Positions 31,269-43,224 of a stretch of DNA of 61,687 bases are shown piece by piece. The stretch spans positions 1 through 61,687 of the forward strand of contig JAIOQB010000204.1 in assembly GCA_021413585.1 (NCBI GenBank), written 5' to 3'. Position 1 is the first letter of the stretch. The number at the start of each line of letters is the position of its first letter. This stretch comes from Planctomycetia bacterium. GTDB lineage: Bacteria; Planctomycetota; Planctomycetia; Pirellulales; UBA7805. A program made the translations under genes and the position numbers. The notes under the pieces were generated by a model, which had not been told where the DNA came from, did not search any database, and saw nothing but the letters and a program-made list of their open reading frames with translations.

Positions 31269-32861
31269 CTATTCCCATTCGATCGTCGCTGGCGGCTTGC
31301 TGCTGATGTCGTAGGCCACGCGGTTGACCCCTTTCACTTCGTTGATGATCCGGGTGGAAATGCGGGCCAGCAAGTCGGCCGGCAGCCGCGACCAGTCGGC
31401 GGTCATGAAGTCATCCGTGTCCACGCACCGCACCGCCACGACGTCCTCATACGTGCGGCCATCGCCCATCACGCCCACGCTTTGCACCGGCAGCAGCACG
31501 GCAAACGCCTGGGCGGTCTGTCGATACAGGCCGGCGGCCTTAATCTCGTGGACCACGATCGCGTCCGCTTCGCGAAGCGTGCGGAGTCTTTCTTTCGTGA
31601 TTTCGCCCAGGCAGCGAACCGCCAGCCCGGGACCGGGGAACGGATGCCGCCAGACGATTTCCTCGGGCAGCCCGAGTTGTTCCCCCAGCCGGCGGACCTC
31701 GTCCTTGAACAGGTCGCGCAGCGGTTCGATCAGCTCGAATCCCAATTCGTCGGGCAAGCCGCCGACGTTGTGATGCAGTTTGATCGTGGCCGCCGGGCCG
31801 TCCGCCGCTGCGCCGCTTTCAATTACGTCGGGGTAAAGCGTCCCCTGGGCCAGAAAATGGGCGTCCTTGATTTTCTTCGCCTCGTCGGCAAAGCAATCGA
31901 TGAAGGCGTGCCCAATAATTTGCCGCTTCTTCTGCGGTTCGGTCACTCCCTTCAAGTCGGCCAGGAACTTATCCTCGGCCCGGACCACATGTAGATCGGT
32001 CTTGAAATGCCGAGTGAACTCGCGAATCACCGCCTCGGCTTCGTCCTTGCGCAGCAGTCCGTTGTCGACGAGGATGCAGGAGAGCCGGTCGCCGATCGCC
32101 TGGTAAATCAAGGCCGCCACGACCGACGAATCGACGCCGCCGCTGAGCCCGCAGATCACGCGGCGGTCTCCCACCTGCTGCCGGATTCGCTCGACGCTCT
32201 GCCGGGCAAAATCGCCCATCTTCCAGCGCCCCTGGCAGCCGCACACCTCGCGGACAAAGTTGGCCAGAATACGGCCTCCCTCGGGCGTGTGCGTCACTTC
32301 CGGATGAAATTGCAAACCAAAGATCGGCAGCGTGCGATGCCGCACCGCCGCGATCGGACAGGTCGACGTGGACGCCAGAGGCACGAACTCATCGGAGACG
32401 CGCGCCACCTGGTCGCCGTGACTCATCCAAACTTCGATTTCGCCGGGCAGACCTTGCAGCAGCCCCTGCGGATCGGTCACTCGGCAAAATGCCCGGCCGT
32501 ACTCGCGGGCCGGAGCGCTGGCCACCTGGCCCCCCAACGCTTCGCACGCCAGTTGCATTCCGTAGCAGATGCCGAGAACCGGAATACCGAGGCGGAAAAT
32601 TTCCGGATCGCATTTGGGCGCCGCCTGCTCGTACACGCTGGCCGGGCCGCCGGAGAGAATGATCCCCTGGGGATTCAACTCGCGCACCCGCGCGGCGGTG
32701 AGATTGTGCCGCACGATCTCGCAATAGACGTTTTGCTCGCGCACGCGCCGCGCGATCAACTGGGCGTATTGCGACCCGAAGTCGAACACCAGGACCTTTT
32801 CGTCCGTGATCGCCGAATCGTGTGTTGCGGTTGCAGCCGTGGTCATCGTTGTGGCAGCCAT
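31269..32861 (-). CDS. guaA: GMP synthase
   Basis: [34 protein letters not shown] and KPPATIEWE motifs. Confidence 0.98.
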   Translation of the reverse strand: MAATTMTTAATATHDSAITDEKVLVFDFGSQYAQLIARRVREQNVYCEIVRHNLTAARVRELNPQGIILSGGPASVYEQAAPKCDPEIFRLGIPVLGICYGMQLACEALGGQVASAPAREYGRAFCRVTDPQGLLQGLPGEIEVWMSHGDQVARVSDEFVPLASTSTCPIAAVRHRTLPIFGLQFHPEVTHTPEGGRILANFVREVCGCQGRWKMGDFARQSVERIRQQVGDRRVICGLSGGVDSSVVAALIYQAIGDRLSCILVDNGLLRKDEAEAVIREFTRHFKTDLHVVRAEDKFLADLKGVTEPQKKRQIIGHAFIDCFADEAKKIKDAHFLAQGTLYPDVIESGAAADGPAATIKLHHNVGGLPDELGFELIEPLRDLFKDEVRRLGEQLGLPEEIVWRHPFPGPGLAVRCLGEITKERLRTLREADAIVVHEIKAAGLYRQTAQAFAVLLPVQSVGVMGDGRTYEDVVAVRCVDTDDFMTADWSRLPADLLARISTRIINEVKGVNRVAYDISSKPPATIEWE

Positions 32862-33215
32862 CCTTGTTACTCAGCTACGTTGGTTACTCGGCTAGGTTGC
32901 TCGGCTCGCGATGGATCAACAAAACGGCCCGTCGCGTAGGACGGGCGGAATCAATCATTGTAGGACTCGCCCGGACTGCATAACAGGGGCAAGCGGCCGA
33001 TGATTCACAGGACATGATTCGCCACGACCCCGTGTCGCAAGCCACTGCCCAGCGTGGCTTTGCGGTGCAAGGCGGTTGTGTGCCGGTTGTGTGCCGGTTG
33101 GGTCGGCTCTATTATTAAAGTTGGTTGGGCGGGATCGCCACATAAGCTGTGCCGATTCCGCGGTGGCCAACCAGCGGCTTGCCTATTCGACTCGTCAAAC
33201 TAGAGAAGGACTCCC

Positions 33216-33986
33216 GTGCAGATCTTGCTGACCAACGACGACGGCATTTATGCTCCCGGAATCGCCGCCCTGGCCCGTGAACTAAGCCTGATTGGCGAGG
33301 TGTGCATGGTCGCCCCGGCCACCGAGCAAAGCGGCGTGGGGCATTCGATCACGTTCCTCAGCCCGCTGGTCTGCAAAGAAGTGTTCGAGGGTCGGCAGCG
33401 GCGCGGTTGGGCGGTTGAGGGAAGCCCCGCGGACTGCGTGAAGATTGCCCTGTTTGAGTTCTGCCCCAAACGGCCCGACCTTGTGGTCAGTGGCATCAAC
33501 GGCGGACTGAACGCCGGGATCAACGTGCTGTACTCGGGCACCGTGGCGGCGGCGATCGAGGGAGCGTTCTTCGGCATCGATAGCTTCGCCGTGTCGCTGG
33601 AATACGACGAACACGCCGAGTTCGACAAAGCGGCCCGCATGGCCCGCGGCGTGATCGAGCAGATCCTCCGCCACAAAGGGCCGGAGCCCCATCTGTATAA
33701 TTTGAACATGCCGACCGCCGCGATGCGCGGGCCGAGCCAACTGCGGATCGTGCCGATGGGCGTGGCCCGCTACGGCGAAGTGTACGAACGGCGCGTCGAC
33801 CCCCGCGGCCGGCGGTATTACTGGGCCACCAACGAGCCGCCCCCACCCCCGGGCGACGAAGAGACGGATCTGACCGCTCTACGCAAGGGGCACGTTACAC
33901 TGACCGCGTTGAGTTTCGACATGACGCACCGGCCGGTGCTGAATGAGATGCGCGGGTGGAATTTGAGTCTGCCGGAATCGGAATAG
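33216..33986 (+). CDS. surE: 5'/3'-nucleotidase SurE
   Basis: LLTNDDG, GSPADCV, SGINGG and YSGTVAAA motifs. Confidence 0.96.
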   Translation: MQILLTNDDGIYAPGIAALARELSLIGEVCMVAPATEQSGVGHSITFLSPLVCKEVFEGRQRRGWAVEGSPADCVKIALFEFCPKRPDLVVSGINGGLNAGINVLYSGTVAAAIEGAFFGIDSFAVSLEYDEHAEFDKAARMARGVIEQILRHKGPEPHLYNLNMPTAAMRGPSQLRIVPMGVARYGEVYERRVDPRGRRYYWATNEPPPPPGDEETDLTALRKGHVTLTALSFDMTHRPVLNEMRGWNLSLPESE

Positions 33987-34030
33987 TTTCAGATGCAACT
34001 CTCGATAGAATAAGCGAAAAGGGAGCTAAG

Positions 34031-34792
34031 ATGAAACGATCGCCAAGTAACGCCCGCGGGGTTCGTGTCGTGGTGTGCGGTTTTGCAATCGCCGCTCTGG
34101 CAGGCTGCCAGCGCCCCCCCGCCCCGGCGGCCACCGGCGAGGCGGGGCCCCCCTCGGTTGTGCATATCGATCCCAAGTCGGCGGAAGGAAAAGAATTGGC
34201 GGTGGCCCGTTCGCAGCCGCACGAGAATTTTGTCGTCGCGCCGGCAGAGGCGGCGCCGGCTTCGCCTCAGCCCGTTGTGCAGCCAGGAGCGGCGCCGGTG
34301 ACGCCATCTGTCTCGCCCCCGGCTGCCCCGCCCGGGCCAGTTGCACCGATGACACCGGCACCTGGCGCCATGGCGCCGGGTGGCTCTCCAGTCCCTGCAC
34401 CGGCCGCGCCTGCAGTATCCACTCCGCCACCCGCGCCTGCTGGGTATGGTCCCGATCCCGCTCAGCCGGAAAAAGTGCCTCCCAAGCTTGGGACGACCGG
34501 AGCCGAGGCGAGCCGCAAGGCAGGTCAGTTCGGCCAAGGGCTGATCGCCACGCCGCTCGGCGCGATGATGTATGCCAAAGACAAAGTGAAGACTTTCGAG
34601 GCCGACAGTGCGCTGCAGCTGTACGTGGCCGAACATGGGAAACCGCGCAACACCGCGGAGTATATGGAGAAGGTAATCAAGCCCAATCACCTTACCTTGC
34701 CGGCGCTGCCTGAGGGGCAGCAGTATTACTTCAATCCTCTGGAAGGGCCCAACGGCACGCTGATGATTGCCATGCCGGAAGTAAAAAAATGA
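34031..34792 (+). CDS. Pro-rich lipoprotein
   Basis: Lipobox ALAGC; C-terminal IKPNHLTLPALPEGQQY. Confidence 0.8.
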   Translation: MKRSPSNARGVRVVVCGFAIAALAGCQRPPAPAATGEAGPPSVVHIDPKSAEGKELAVARSQPHENFVVAPAEAAPASPQPVVQPGAAPVTPSVSPPAAPPGPVAPMTPAPGAMAPGGSPVPAPAAPAVSTPPPAPAGYGPDPAQPEKVPPKLGTTGAEASRKAGQFGQGLIATPLGAMMYAKDKVKTFEADSALQLYVAEHGKPRNTAEYMEKVIKPNHLTLPALPEGQQYYFNPLEGPNGTLMIAMPEVKK

Positions 34793-34859
34793 CCGGTCTC
34801 CTTGCGTCTTCCACTCTCCTCATCAAGATTCAATGTAGAACCTAACTGGAATTATTTCG

Positions 34860-36326
34860 ATGTGGCGCTGGTTCGGTTTTTTCTCTGTTTGGATACTTAT
34901 TATCATGTGCGGGCGCTCAGGGCATGCGCAGATTCAAATTTCGTTTGAAGAAAAGTATTCCTTTTCGCCCATTTTTGATAGACCCACGGACGCTGCTCTG
35001 GTGCTGGTTGATGAACGTGCGCGCCAAACCGTTGTTCGCTTTGCTCAGTTGCATGAACAGGACCGAATCGCCGTCGGACAATCTATCGCTGAAATGCGAT
35101 CCGGACGGTCGAAGCCCTCCGAGTCCATTTGCCGTCAGTACGACCAACAATTTCTCCCCGGCGTTCCAGACTGGAGCAACCAGTCAGTTCCCCTTACCGA
35201 CTACAAATCGACTCATATCGCGCTGAAGACCGATCTCCCACCGCAAGAGGCCAAATACTATCTCAACACGCTCGAGGCGATGTTTGAAAAGGCCGCGGCA
35301 TTCTGGCGGCGAAAGCCCTCAGGACGGCTCGCTTGTTATGTTTGTCGCGACTTGGATCGTTGGAAGAGCGTCAACCTTCCGCCGGTCGCCATCGCAAAAA
35401 TCAAAGCCCACGAGGGGGTCACAATGGGCGCAACGACAGCGGCCCCATCGGGCGCGCCAAAGAAAAAGCCCAGTCAGTCGAGAGCTTCCATAGCATACTG
35501 CAGCGATCGCATAGGCGTTGCACAACATGAGATCGTCCACGCTTACTGTGATCTTGCTTTTGGAAAATGCGGGCCATTTTGGTACGCCGAAGGAATGGCC
35601 GAGCTTGGGTCCTACATGCGGGAAGGCGACCCCAGCGTTTGCGTCCCGTATGCGACCTTGTGGTACTTGCACACGTCGCCGCCGCTGAGCGTAGCCAAGG
35701 TGATCGAGCGCAATCCATCCATGGAAAATGCCACCTGGGAGGACTACGCGCGCTGTTGGGCGCTCTGCCATTTACTCAATTCTAATCCGAGCTATACCAA
35801 GCGATTCAGAGCGTTGGGATTAGGGATTCTTGGTGGGCAAGGTGTAAAATACAGCGACGTGTTTGCCGCCCAGCAGGCAAATATCGAGTTTGAATATCAG
35901 TTCTTCGTCAAGAACGTTGAACCAGGATACCGGGCGGATCTTTGCTGTTGGGAATGGTCGGACTTCAGAACGTTGGGCGATGCTGAAATCAGCCCAACAG
36001 TCGATGCTCGACGAGGGTGGCAAGCGAGCGGAGGAGCACTCGAAGCGAATCATCAATACTCGTTCCAGGCAGAGGGTCAGTGGCGTCTTAAAAAGGATGG
36101 ACCGCAACTTTCGGCAGCCGGTCAACCCAGAGGCCGCGGCAAGCTGCTGGGAGTGCTCATGGACAATCGAGTGCTCGGGCGGCCCTTTGAATTGGGGGTG
36201 GAGGGAAGATTCGTTGCCCCAAGTAACGGCAACCTATATTTGCGCTGCGGCGACAATTGGTCGGCGATTGCTGACCACGAGGGGAGCGTCAACTTCAAGA
36301 TTCGTGCCGCTAAGGAATCAAAATGA
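34860..36326 (+). CDS. exported zinc-metallopeptidase-like protein with a possible lectin-like C-domain (A/T-richer)
   Basis: QHEIVH (HExxH) plus WYAEGMAE; beta-sandwich-like tail. Confidence 0.7.
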   Translation: MWRWFGFFSVWILIIMCGRSGHAQIQISFEEKYSFSPIFDRPTDAALVLVDERARQTVVRFAQLHEQDRIAVGQSIAEMRSGRSKPSESICRQYDQQFLPGVPDWSNQSVPLTDYKSTHIALKTDLPPQEAKYYLNTLEAMFEKAAAFWRRKPSGRLACYVCRDLDRWKSVNLPPVAIAKIKAHEGVTMGATTAAPSGAPKKKPSQSRASIAYCSDRIGVAQHEIVHAYCDLAFGKCGPFWYAEGMAELGSYMREGDPSVCVPYATLWYLHTSPPLSVAKVIERNPSMENATWEDYARCWALCHLLNSNPSYTKRFRALGLGILGGQGVKYSDVFAAQQANIEFEYQFFVKNVEPGYRADLCCWEWSDFRTLGDAEISPTVDARRGWQASGGALEANHQYSFQAEGQWRLKKDGPQLSAAGQPRGRGKLLGVLMDNRVLGRPFELGVEGRFVAPSNGNLYLRCGDNWSAIADHEGSVNFKIRAAKESK

Positions 36327-36330
36327 AATC

Positions 36331-36354
36331 CGTTGGTGCAAGCACCCACGCTAC
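36331..36354 (-). repeat. GTAG REP single copy
   Basis: CGTTGGTGCAAGCACCCACGCTAC between convergent genes. Confidence 0.85.
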
Positions 36355-37112
36355 TATCGCATCACTTGCCGCAGGAACTGCCGGGTGCGTTCGTGCTTGG
36401 GATTATCCAACACTTCTTCCGGTAGCCCGCTTTCAATCACTTTGCCATCGGCAAGCACGACAATCCGGTCGGCGGCCCGGCGGGCAAAGCCGATTTCATG
36501 CGTGACCACCAGCAGCGTCATGCGGTCACGCTTCAGGTCTTCCAGGACGGCCAGCACTTCGCCCTTTAGCTCAGGGTCGAGCGCGCTGGTAATCTCGTCG
36601 CACAATAGGCCGCGCGGCTGCATGGCCAATGCCCTGGCGACCGCCACGCGCTGCTTCTGCCCGCCGGATAACTCGCCTGGATAGGCATCGGTTCTGTCTC
36701 CCAGCCCGACGCGCGTCAGCAGTTCCACGCCTCGCTGGCGGGCGGCATTGTGCGACAGACGCAGCACTTGCCGCGGCGCCTCGGTGATATTTTCCAAGGC
36801 CGTCAGGTGCGGAAACAATTGAAAATCCTGGAACACCATGCCAAAGTCGCGGCGGACCTGGCGGACTGCCTTGGCGGACGTATTGCCGTTGGATTGGATC
36901 AGTTCGTCGCCGATGCGAATCTCCCCCGCTTCAAAATGCGTCAGTCCGTTGAGGCACCGCAGCAGCGTCGACTTGCCGGCACCGCTGGGGCCGATCAGAG
37001 CCACCGTCTCCCCTACGTCAATCGACAGATCGAGCCCATCGAGCACCAGCCGGTTGCCAAACCGCTTTTTCAAGCCGCGGAATTCGACGTGGGTGGTGGG
37101 GGGGAGGGGCAT
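36354..37112 (-). CDS. polar amino acid ABC transporter ATP-binding protein (GlnQ family)
   Basis: GPSGAGKST, LSGGQKQR, DEITSALD and VTHE motifs. Confidence 0.94.
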   Translation of the reverse strand: MPLPPTTHVEFRGLKKRFGNRLVLDGLDLSIDVGETVALIGPSGAGKSTLLRCLNGLTHFEAGEIRIGDELIQSNGNTSAKAVRQVRRDFGMVFQDFQLFPHLTALENITEAPRQVLRLSHNAARQRGVELLTRVGLGDRTDAYPGELSGGQKQRVAVARALAMQPRGLLCDEITSALDPELKGEVLAVLEDLKRDRMTLLVVTHEIGFARRAADRIVVLADGKVIESGLPEEVLDNPKHERTRQFLRQVMR

Positions 37113-37120
37113 GGATTTGA

Positions 37121-37176
37121 TTTCAGATTTCAGATTTCAGATTTCAGATTTCAGATTTCAGATTTCAGATTTCAGA
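37121..37176. repeat. (TTTCAGA)8 perfect heptamer array, followed by GATTGAG and CCGCTTT heptamers
   Basis: Eight perfect copies counted; imperfect units continue to about 37228. Confidence 0.95.
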
Positions 37177-37230
37177 TTGATGATTGAGGATTGAGGATTG
37201 GCGTTTCCCGCTTTCGGCTTTCCGCTTTAA

Positions 37231-38679
37231 TCACCGCACTCCCTTGCTCCACTTTCGTTCTAAATACTGCGACAGGTAGCTCAGCGGAATCGACATCGCC
37301 AGGTAATAGATTGCGGTCAGGACGCCGACTTGCAGGTACATCTGGCTCGACTTCGACAGGATGAGGTATTGCTTGGTCAATTCCACCACGGCGATGACGC
37401 TCACCACGCTGGTGTCCTTAAACAGGGATACAAAATCGTTGGTCATCGGGGGCAGAATGGTGCGGATCGCTTGCGGCAGAATGATGCGGCGGAACGTGAT
37501 CGTCGGCGCCATCCCCAGCGACGCGGCCGCTTCCCATTGGCCGTGTGGAACGGCGGAGATGCCGGCTCGATAGATTTCCGCTTCGTACGCGGCGTAGTTG
37601 AGTCCGAAGCCCAGGATCGCCGCCGTCATCCGCCCCATCTCCAGCGACACGGGCCAGCCAAACTGGGCGGAGATGCCGGGCAGGCCGTAGTACAGAAAAA
37701 CGAGAAACAACAGCACCGGAATACCGCGGAAAAATTCGATATAGCCCACCGCCAGCCACCTCAGTGGCGCGGGGCCGTAGAGCCGCATCGTCGCCAGCAC
37801 CAACCCAAGCGCCACGGCAACGAGCATGCTGGCCAGGGAAATTTCAATCGTCGTGACCGCCGCCTCACCCAGCAGTTTCGCGCATGCTCCCAGCGTCCAT
37901 TGCACCGGAATATCGCTGGGGATCCGCCATTTTTCAAAAATCCGCGCCAATTCACCCTGCGCGGCCAGGCGGTCGATTGCCGCGTCGACCTGCTGGGCCA
38001 GCGCTTCCTGGTCTTTGCGAAACGCGATGGCGTAATGCCCTTCGGCAAACGGCTCGCCCACGAACTTCAGCTTGGGATTCGGTTGGGCATAATAAACGGC
38101 GATTGGCAGGTCGAGCAGCACGGCGTCGATCCGGCCCAAGGCCAGGTCGGCGTACGGCTCCACCTGGCCGTCGTAGATGCGATTCTTGATCCCCTGCTTA
38201 TCGAGCAGACGTTGCGCTGCGGTGTCGCCGAGCGTGCCGACCACGGCCCGTTTCGCCTTGCAATCGTCGAGCGAGGCAAACCGCGAGTCGTCCTTTCGAG
38301 TCACCAGTTGCAGCTTGTAGGTGTAATACGGCCGGCTGAGGCGATACCTTTGTGTACGGTCGGGAGTCACTTCCAGCCCGTTCATCGCGAAGTCAAAATC
38401 GCGCCGCTCCAGGCCCGGCAGGAGGCTCACGTAATCGTACTGCGTAAACGTGATCTCGCGCTTCAGCTCGCGAGCCAGCGCCGCGGCCAGATCGACCTCA
38501 AACCCAATGTTGTGGGCCGGGTCTTTGGGATCTTTGAAGACATACGGCGCGCCCCCCTCGGCATCGGCGCCCCACTTTAGCGGCGGAAGTGGCGGAGGAT
38601 CCGATCCCTTCGCCGTATGGGGCAAGTGCAGTGAGAGCCCGACGATGAACAGGCCGCCGATCAGTGCGAGAGGCTTCAT
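37231..38679 (-). CDS. fused amino acid ABC substrate-binding protein and permease
   Basis: SBP family 3 (GFEVDLA), then permease (EFFRGIP, EIYRAGI, KDTS). Confidence 0.92.
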   Translation of the reverse strand: MKPLALIGGLFIVGLSLHLPHTAKGSDPPPLPPLKWGADAEGGAPYVFKDPKDPAHNIGFEVDLAAALARELKREITFTQYDYVSLLPGLERRDFDFAMNGLEVTPDRTQRYRLSRPYYTYKLQLVTRKDDSRFASLDDCKAKRAVVGTLGDTAAQRLLDKQGIKNRIYDGQVEPYADLALGRIDAVLLDLPIAVYYAQPNPKLKFVGEPFAEGHYAIAFRKDQEALAQQVDAAIDRLAAQGELARIFEKWRIPSDIPVQWTLGACAKLLGEAAVTTIEISLASMLVAVALGLVLATMRLYGPAPLRWLAVGYIEFFRGIPVLLFLVFLYYGLPGISAQFGWPVSLEMGRMTAAILGFGLNYAAYEAEIYRAGISAVPHGQWEAAASLGMAPTITFRRIILPQAIRTILPPMTNDFVSLFKDTSVVSVIAVVELTKQYLILSKSSQMYLQVGVLTAIYYLAMSIPLSYLSQYLERKWSKGVR

Positions 38680-39230
38680 GTCGCCGGCGTCTCCCCACCC
38701 AGGATCGACACGCCTTCCGCCTCATACACCAGCCAGCGGTCCCCTTCCCATCGCAGCCTCACGACGATGCGGCGCGGAATCTTGGAGTAGATCGTTTCGC
38801 CCACGCGGAGCTTGCCTTGAGCCACCACGATCATTTCAGCGACCGCGGTCGGAGGGCTGGTCAACCGGTTGATCTTGATTTCCGGGCCGCTGGTGATTTT
38901 TACTTGCTGCACATCCACCAGATGCAGAATCTCCGTCGCTTGAACGCGCAACATGGCCGGCGCCGTGGCTGAAAGGCAGCGCTCCACGCGACCGATGTCG
39001 TTGGCCTCGAACGCTTTGGCTCCGTCGTGGATCGTGGCGATCACTTGTTCGCGCTCCGTCACCACAAGGAAATCGATCAGCACCGAAGAGCCCATCACAA
39101 GCACCACCGGAATCATGAAGGCCAGCATGACGCCTCGCCCGGTGACGTAGGTTGCGCCCGCCAGGATCAGCAGCACCAGCCCGCCAATGCAGAGGATGGG
39201 CGTCGGATTTTCGGTGAACCAACTGATCAT
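38676..39230 (-). CDS. membrane protein with NTF2-like C-domain
   Basis: Two N-terminal TMs; overlaps the ABC start (ATGA). Confidence 0.7.
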   Translation of the reverse strand: MISWFTENPTPILCIGGLVLLILAGATYVTGRGVMLAFMIPVVLVMGSSVLIDFLVVTEREQVIATIHDGAKAFEANDIGRVERCLSATAPAMLRVQATEILHLVDVQQVKITSGPEIKINRLTSPPTAVAEMIVVAQGKLRVGETIYSKIPRRIVVRLRWEGDRWLVYEAEGVSILGGETPAT

Positions 39231-39290
39231 GGCACGGCTTTGATCGCGGTCAGGTTGTTTGGTGCGAATTCAATTGTGGGGACACAGACC

Positions 39291-39674
39291 TCACCCCCCA
39301 TCCGCCATCTTGCCACGTCCCGCCGCCGCTTGCCACCGTTTTCGCTTGATTCCAATCCAGGCCACGACCATGACCAGTGCCAGCGCGATCATCAACGGCC
39401 GCAGCGACACGATCAGCGGACCGGGGGCGGGGGGCGGTTCGTCTGGCTTCGGCGGCGTCGCGGGCGATCCTTCCCCCTTGTCGCCGCCGCTTCCCGGCGG
39501 ATGGCGCTGCATTTCGCTGATGCCGCGATACTGCTGCTCGAACTGAGGCTGCCGCCGCTCGTACTTGCTCGAAACCAGCACCAGGGCCACCAGGGCGAAC
39601 GCCGAGAAGATCAGCAGATAGTGCCAGCCGGAGAGTTCAAACCGATTTGAGCTGGACCCCGATGGTTGCGACAT
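39291..39674 (-). CDS. two-TM hypothetical protein
   Basis: Two hydrophobic segments around a Pro-rich loop. Confidence 0.65.
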   Translation of the reverse strand: MSQPSGSSSNRFELSGWHYLLIFSAFALVALVLVSSKYERRQPQFEQQYRGISEMQRHPPGSGGDKGEGSPATPPKPDEPPPAPGPLIVSLRPLMIALALVMVVAWIGIKRKRWQAAAGRGKMADGG

Positions 39675-39713
39675 AAACTTGGCCTTCGGCCAGCGAGCCG
39701 CGTAGCGTGGTTA

Positions 39714-39734
39714 CCGCGGGGATAAGCCCCGCGG
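39714..39734. repeat. CCGCGGGG-ATAAG-CCCCGCGG palindrome
   Basis: Perfect 8-bp stem just after the eno stop; GTAGCGTGG fragment adjacent. Confidence 0.55.
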
Positions 39735-39752
39735 CTCGGGGTGTGGTTACAC

Positions 39753-41144
<1,392 letters not shown>

Positions 41145-41156
41145 CTAGGCACGCCC

Positions 41157-41235
41157 CCTTCACACTCCCCTTCATACTCTTCACACCCCTTTTTCACACC
41201 CTTCACATCTCGTTTTCACACCCTCCTACCACACC
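41157..41235. repeat. TTCACAC array
   Basis: About 6 imperfect units in the eno/psd divergent spacer. Confidence 0.75.
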
Positions 41236-41301
41236 TTCTTCCACCCCCCCTCCCCCTGGGCTAGGATAGCGAGATTCACACAGCCGCCTCATCGAGCATT
41301 C

Positions 41302-42300
41302 ATGAGCACACCAATTTCAAGCGTCGACGGGTCTTCGGGCGTCGACGGGCCAAGCGTCGACCGGGCCACGCCGGTGCCGCTGCCGGAGAACATCAAGAGC
41401 GTCCAGCCGGGGGGCGGCGTCTGCTACCAGATCGAGTTGGCCTGGGGCTGCTGGCGGCGCTGGTACCTCAAGACCTTCCGGCGCGGCTACGTCCGCCGGA
41501 TGGCCGAGCGGATGCAAGGTTCCAAAGACGGGGCACCCCACGACGTGCTCGATCCCCGCGATCTGAAGTATTGCGCCAACCTCTGCACGGCCCATTGGCG
41601 GCCGGCCGATGACCCGTTTCAGTGGCGCGAGCGAATCCCGCTGGCGCGGTGGGGCCTGGCCGAAGCCCAATTGATGGGTTGGCCTTTGGTGGCACTGACT
41701 ATTCTGCCCGCAATCCTGTGGCCGGCATTTTGGTACATCGGAGTCGTGCCACTGGTGGTGCTGTTGTGGCTGATTTATTTCTTTCGCGACCCGCACCGGC
41801 CGCTGCCGACCGGGCCCGGATTGCTGGTGGCGCCGGCCGACGGCAAAGTGGTTGAGATCGTGAAGTTGGCCCACGACGAGTTCATCGGCGGTCCGGCGGT
41901 GCGGATCGGCATTTTCCTGTCGATCTTCAACGTACACATCAACCGCGCGCCGTGTGCCAGCCGCGTGTTGGAGTTGCGGTACTCCAAAGGGGCGTTTCTC
42001 AACGCGCTCAATCCCGAAAGCGCCCTGCGGAACGAGAACATGTGGATCGGCCTGGAAGACGCCGCCGTCCCGCAGCGGCGGATGGTGGTTCGGCAGATTG
42101 CGGGGGCTATTGCCCGGCGGATTGTCTGCCGCCTGCGGCCGGGCGAGTTGCTGACGGCGGGGGAGAAATTCGGTATGATCAAGCTCGGTTCGCGGACGGA
42201 GCTGATCCTGCCGGCCGAGCCGGGGCTATATATAGACGTTGAACTGGGGCAGAAGATTAAGGCCGGGTCGACAATTATTGCTCGTTTCACTCGCGTGTGA
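41302..42300 (+). CDS. psd: phosphatidylserine decarboxylase proenzyme
   Basis: FFRDP, APADG, FLSIFNVHINRAP and FGMIKLGSRTEL (GS cleavage site). Confidence 0.93.
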   Translation: MSTPISSVDGSSGVDGPSVDRATPVPLPENIKSVQPGGGVCYQIELAWGCWRRWYLKTFRRGYVRRMAERMQGSKDGAPHDVLDPRDLKYCANLCTAHWRPADDPFQWRERIPLARWGLAEAQLMGWPLVALTILPAILWPAFWYIGVVPLVVLLWLIYFFRDPHRPLPTGPGLLVAPADGKVVEIVKLAHDEFIGGPAVRIGIFLSIFNVHINRAPCASRVLELRYSKGAFLNALNPESALRNENMWIGLEDAAVPQRRMVVRQIAGAIARRIVCRLRPGELLTAGEKFGMIKLGSRTELILPAEPGLYIDVELGQKIKAGSTIIARFTRV

Positions 42301-42341
42301 AAAAAGGGTGTGAAGTGTGTGAAAAAGGGGTTTGAAGGGTG
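42295..42341. repeat. GTGTGAA array spanning the psd-pssA spacer
   Basis: Supplies the psd TGA and ends at the pssA GTG/ATG. Confidence 0.8.
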
Positions 42342-43205
42342 ATGAAACGCATTCGCACCGTGGCGGTTATCCCCACGTTGTTCACATTGGCCAACCTGCT
42401 GTGCGGGTTCTATGCGATCGCGATCGCCTCGCGGGTGCAGGCGCCGCACGCCGAATCGGATGCGGTGCCCTCGCCGTCGGCCGAAATTCAGTTCTTTCGC
42501 AAGTTTGATCCGGCCAATCCCGTGCATAACATGTTCTTGTGCGCGGTGCTGATCTTCCTAGCAATGGTGTTCGACGCGCTCGATGGCCATGTGGCCCGGC
42601 TGGCTAACAGCACTTCGGACTTTGGGGCCCAGTTGGACAGCTTGTCGGATCTGGTGACGTTTGGCGTAGCGCCGGCGTTTCTGATGGTCAAAATGTGTCC
42701 GTACGTCAGCCTGAGCTATCGGCAGGCGATTTGGGTCATCGCGGCCACGTTTGCGGCTTGCGCTGCGCTGCGGCTGGCGCGATTCAACGTGGAGACGGGC
42801 GAGGACGACGATCACATGCACTTCAGCGGCTTGCCCACGCCGGCGGCCGCGGCGGCAATTGCCGGCTTCGCGCTGCTGTTCTACACGCTGCGGATGGACT
42901 CAAATGATAATGTTCACAAGACCGACATCGACGTCTGGGTGCAGCGCGGCCTGCCGCTGTTTGCCTTGCTGGTGGCCATGTTGATGGTGTCGCGGATTCC
43001 GTACCCTCACTTGGTGAATCAGTTTTTGCGAGGTCACCGCAGCTTTGCCCACATGGTGGGGCTGGTGTTTGTGATCGTGGCGGTACTGGCGATCGGGGGG
43101 TATGCCTTACCAATGTTGGCGGTGGCTTACGTCGTTTTGCCGCCGCTAAAGTATTCCTGGCAGCGCCTGTTTGCTCGCCGCACGGAGAGCGAGCCGCTGT
43201 TTTAG
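42342..43205 (+). CDS. pssA: CDP-diacylglycerol--serine O-phosphatidyltransferase
   Basis: DALDGHVAR...FGAQLDSLSDLVTFG motif; follows psd. Confidence 0.93.
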   Translation: MKRIRTVAVIPTLFTLANLLCGFYAIAIASRVQAPHAESDAVPSPSAEIQFFRKFDPANPVHNMFLCAVLIFLAMVFDALDGHVARLANSTSDFGAQLDSLSDLVTFGVAPAFLMVKMCPYVSLSYRQAIWVIAATFAACAALRLARFNVETGEDDDHMHFSGLPTPAAAAAIAGFALLFYTLRMDSNDNVHKTDIDVWVQRGLPLFALLVAMLMVSRIPYPHLVNQFLRGHRSFAHMVGLVFVIVAVLAIGGYALPMLAVAYVVLPPLKYSWQRLFARRTESEPLF

Positions 43206-43224
43206 CCAGCCAGCGCGCCTGCCC

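Noticed and set aside
32862-33190. Purine riboswitch upstream of guaA
   Set aside because: No aptamer core was seen; only short direct repeats (CAACCGGCACA, GCCGAGTAAC) and one small hairpin.
37121-37200. CRISPR array or coding repeat (FQISD)n
   Set aside because: It is a pure tandem heptamer without spacers, there are no cas genes, and the ORFs through it are antisense shadows.
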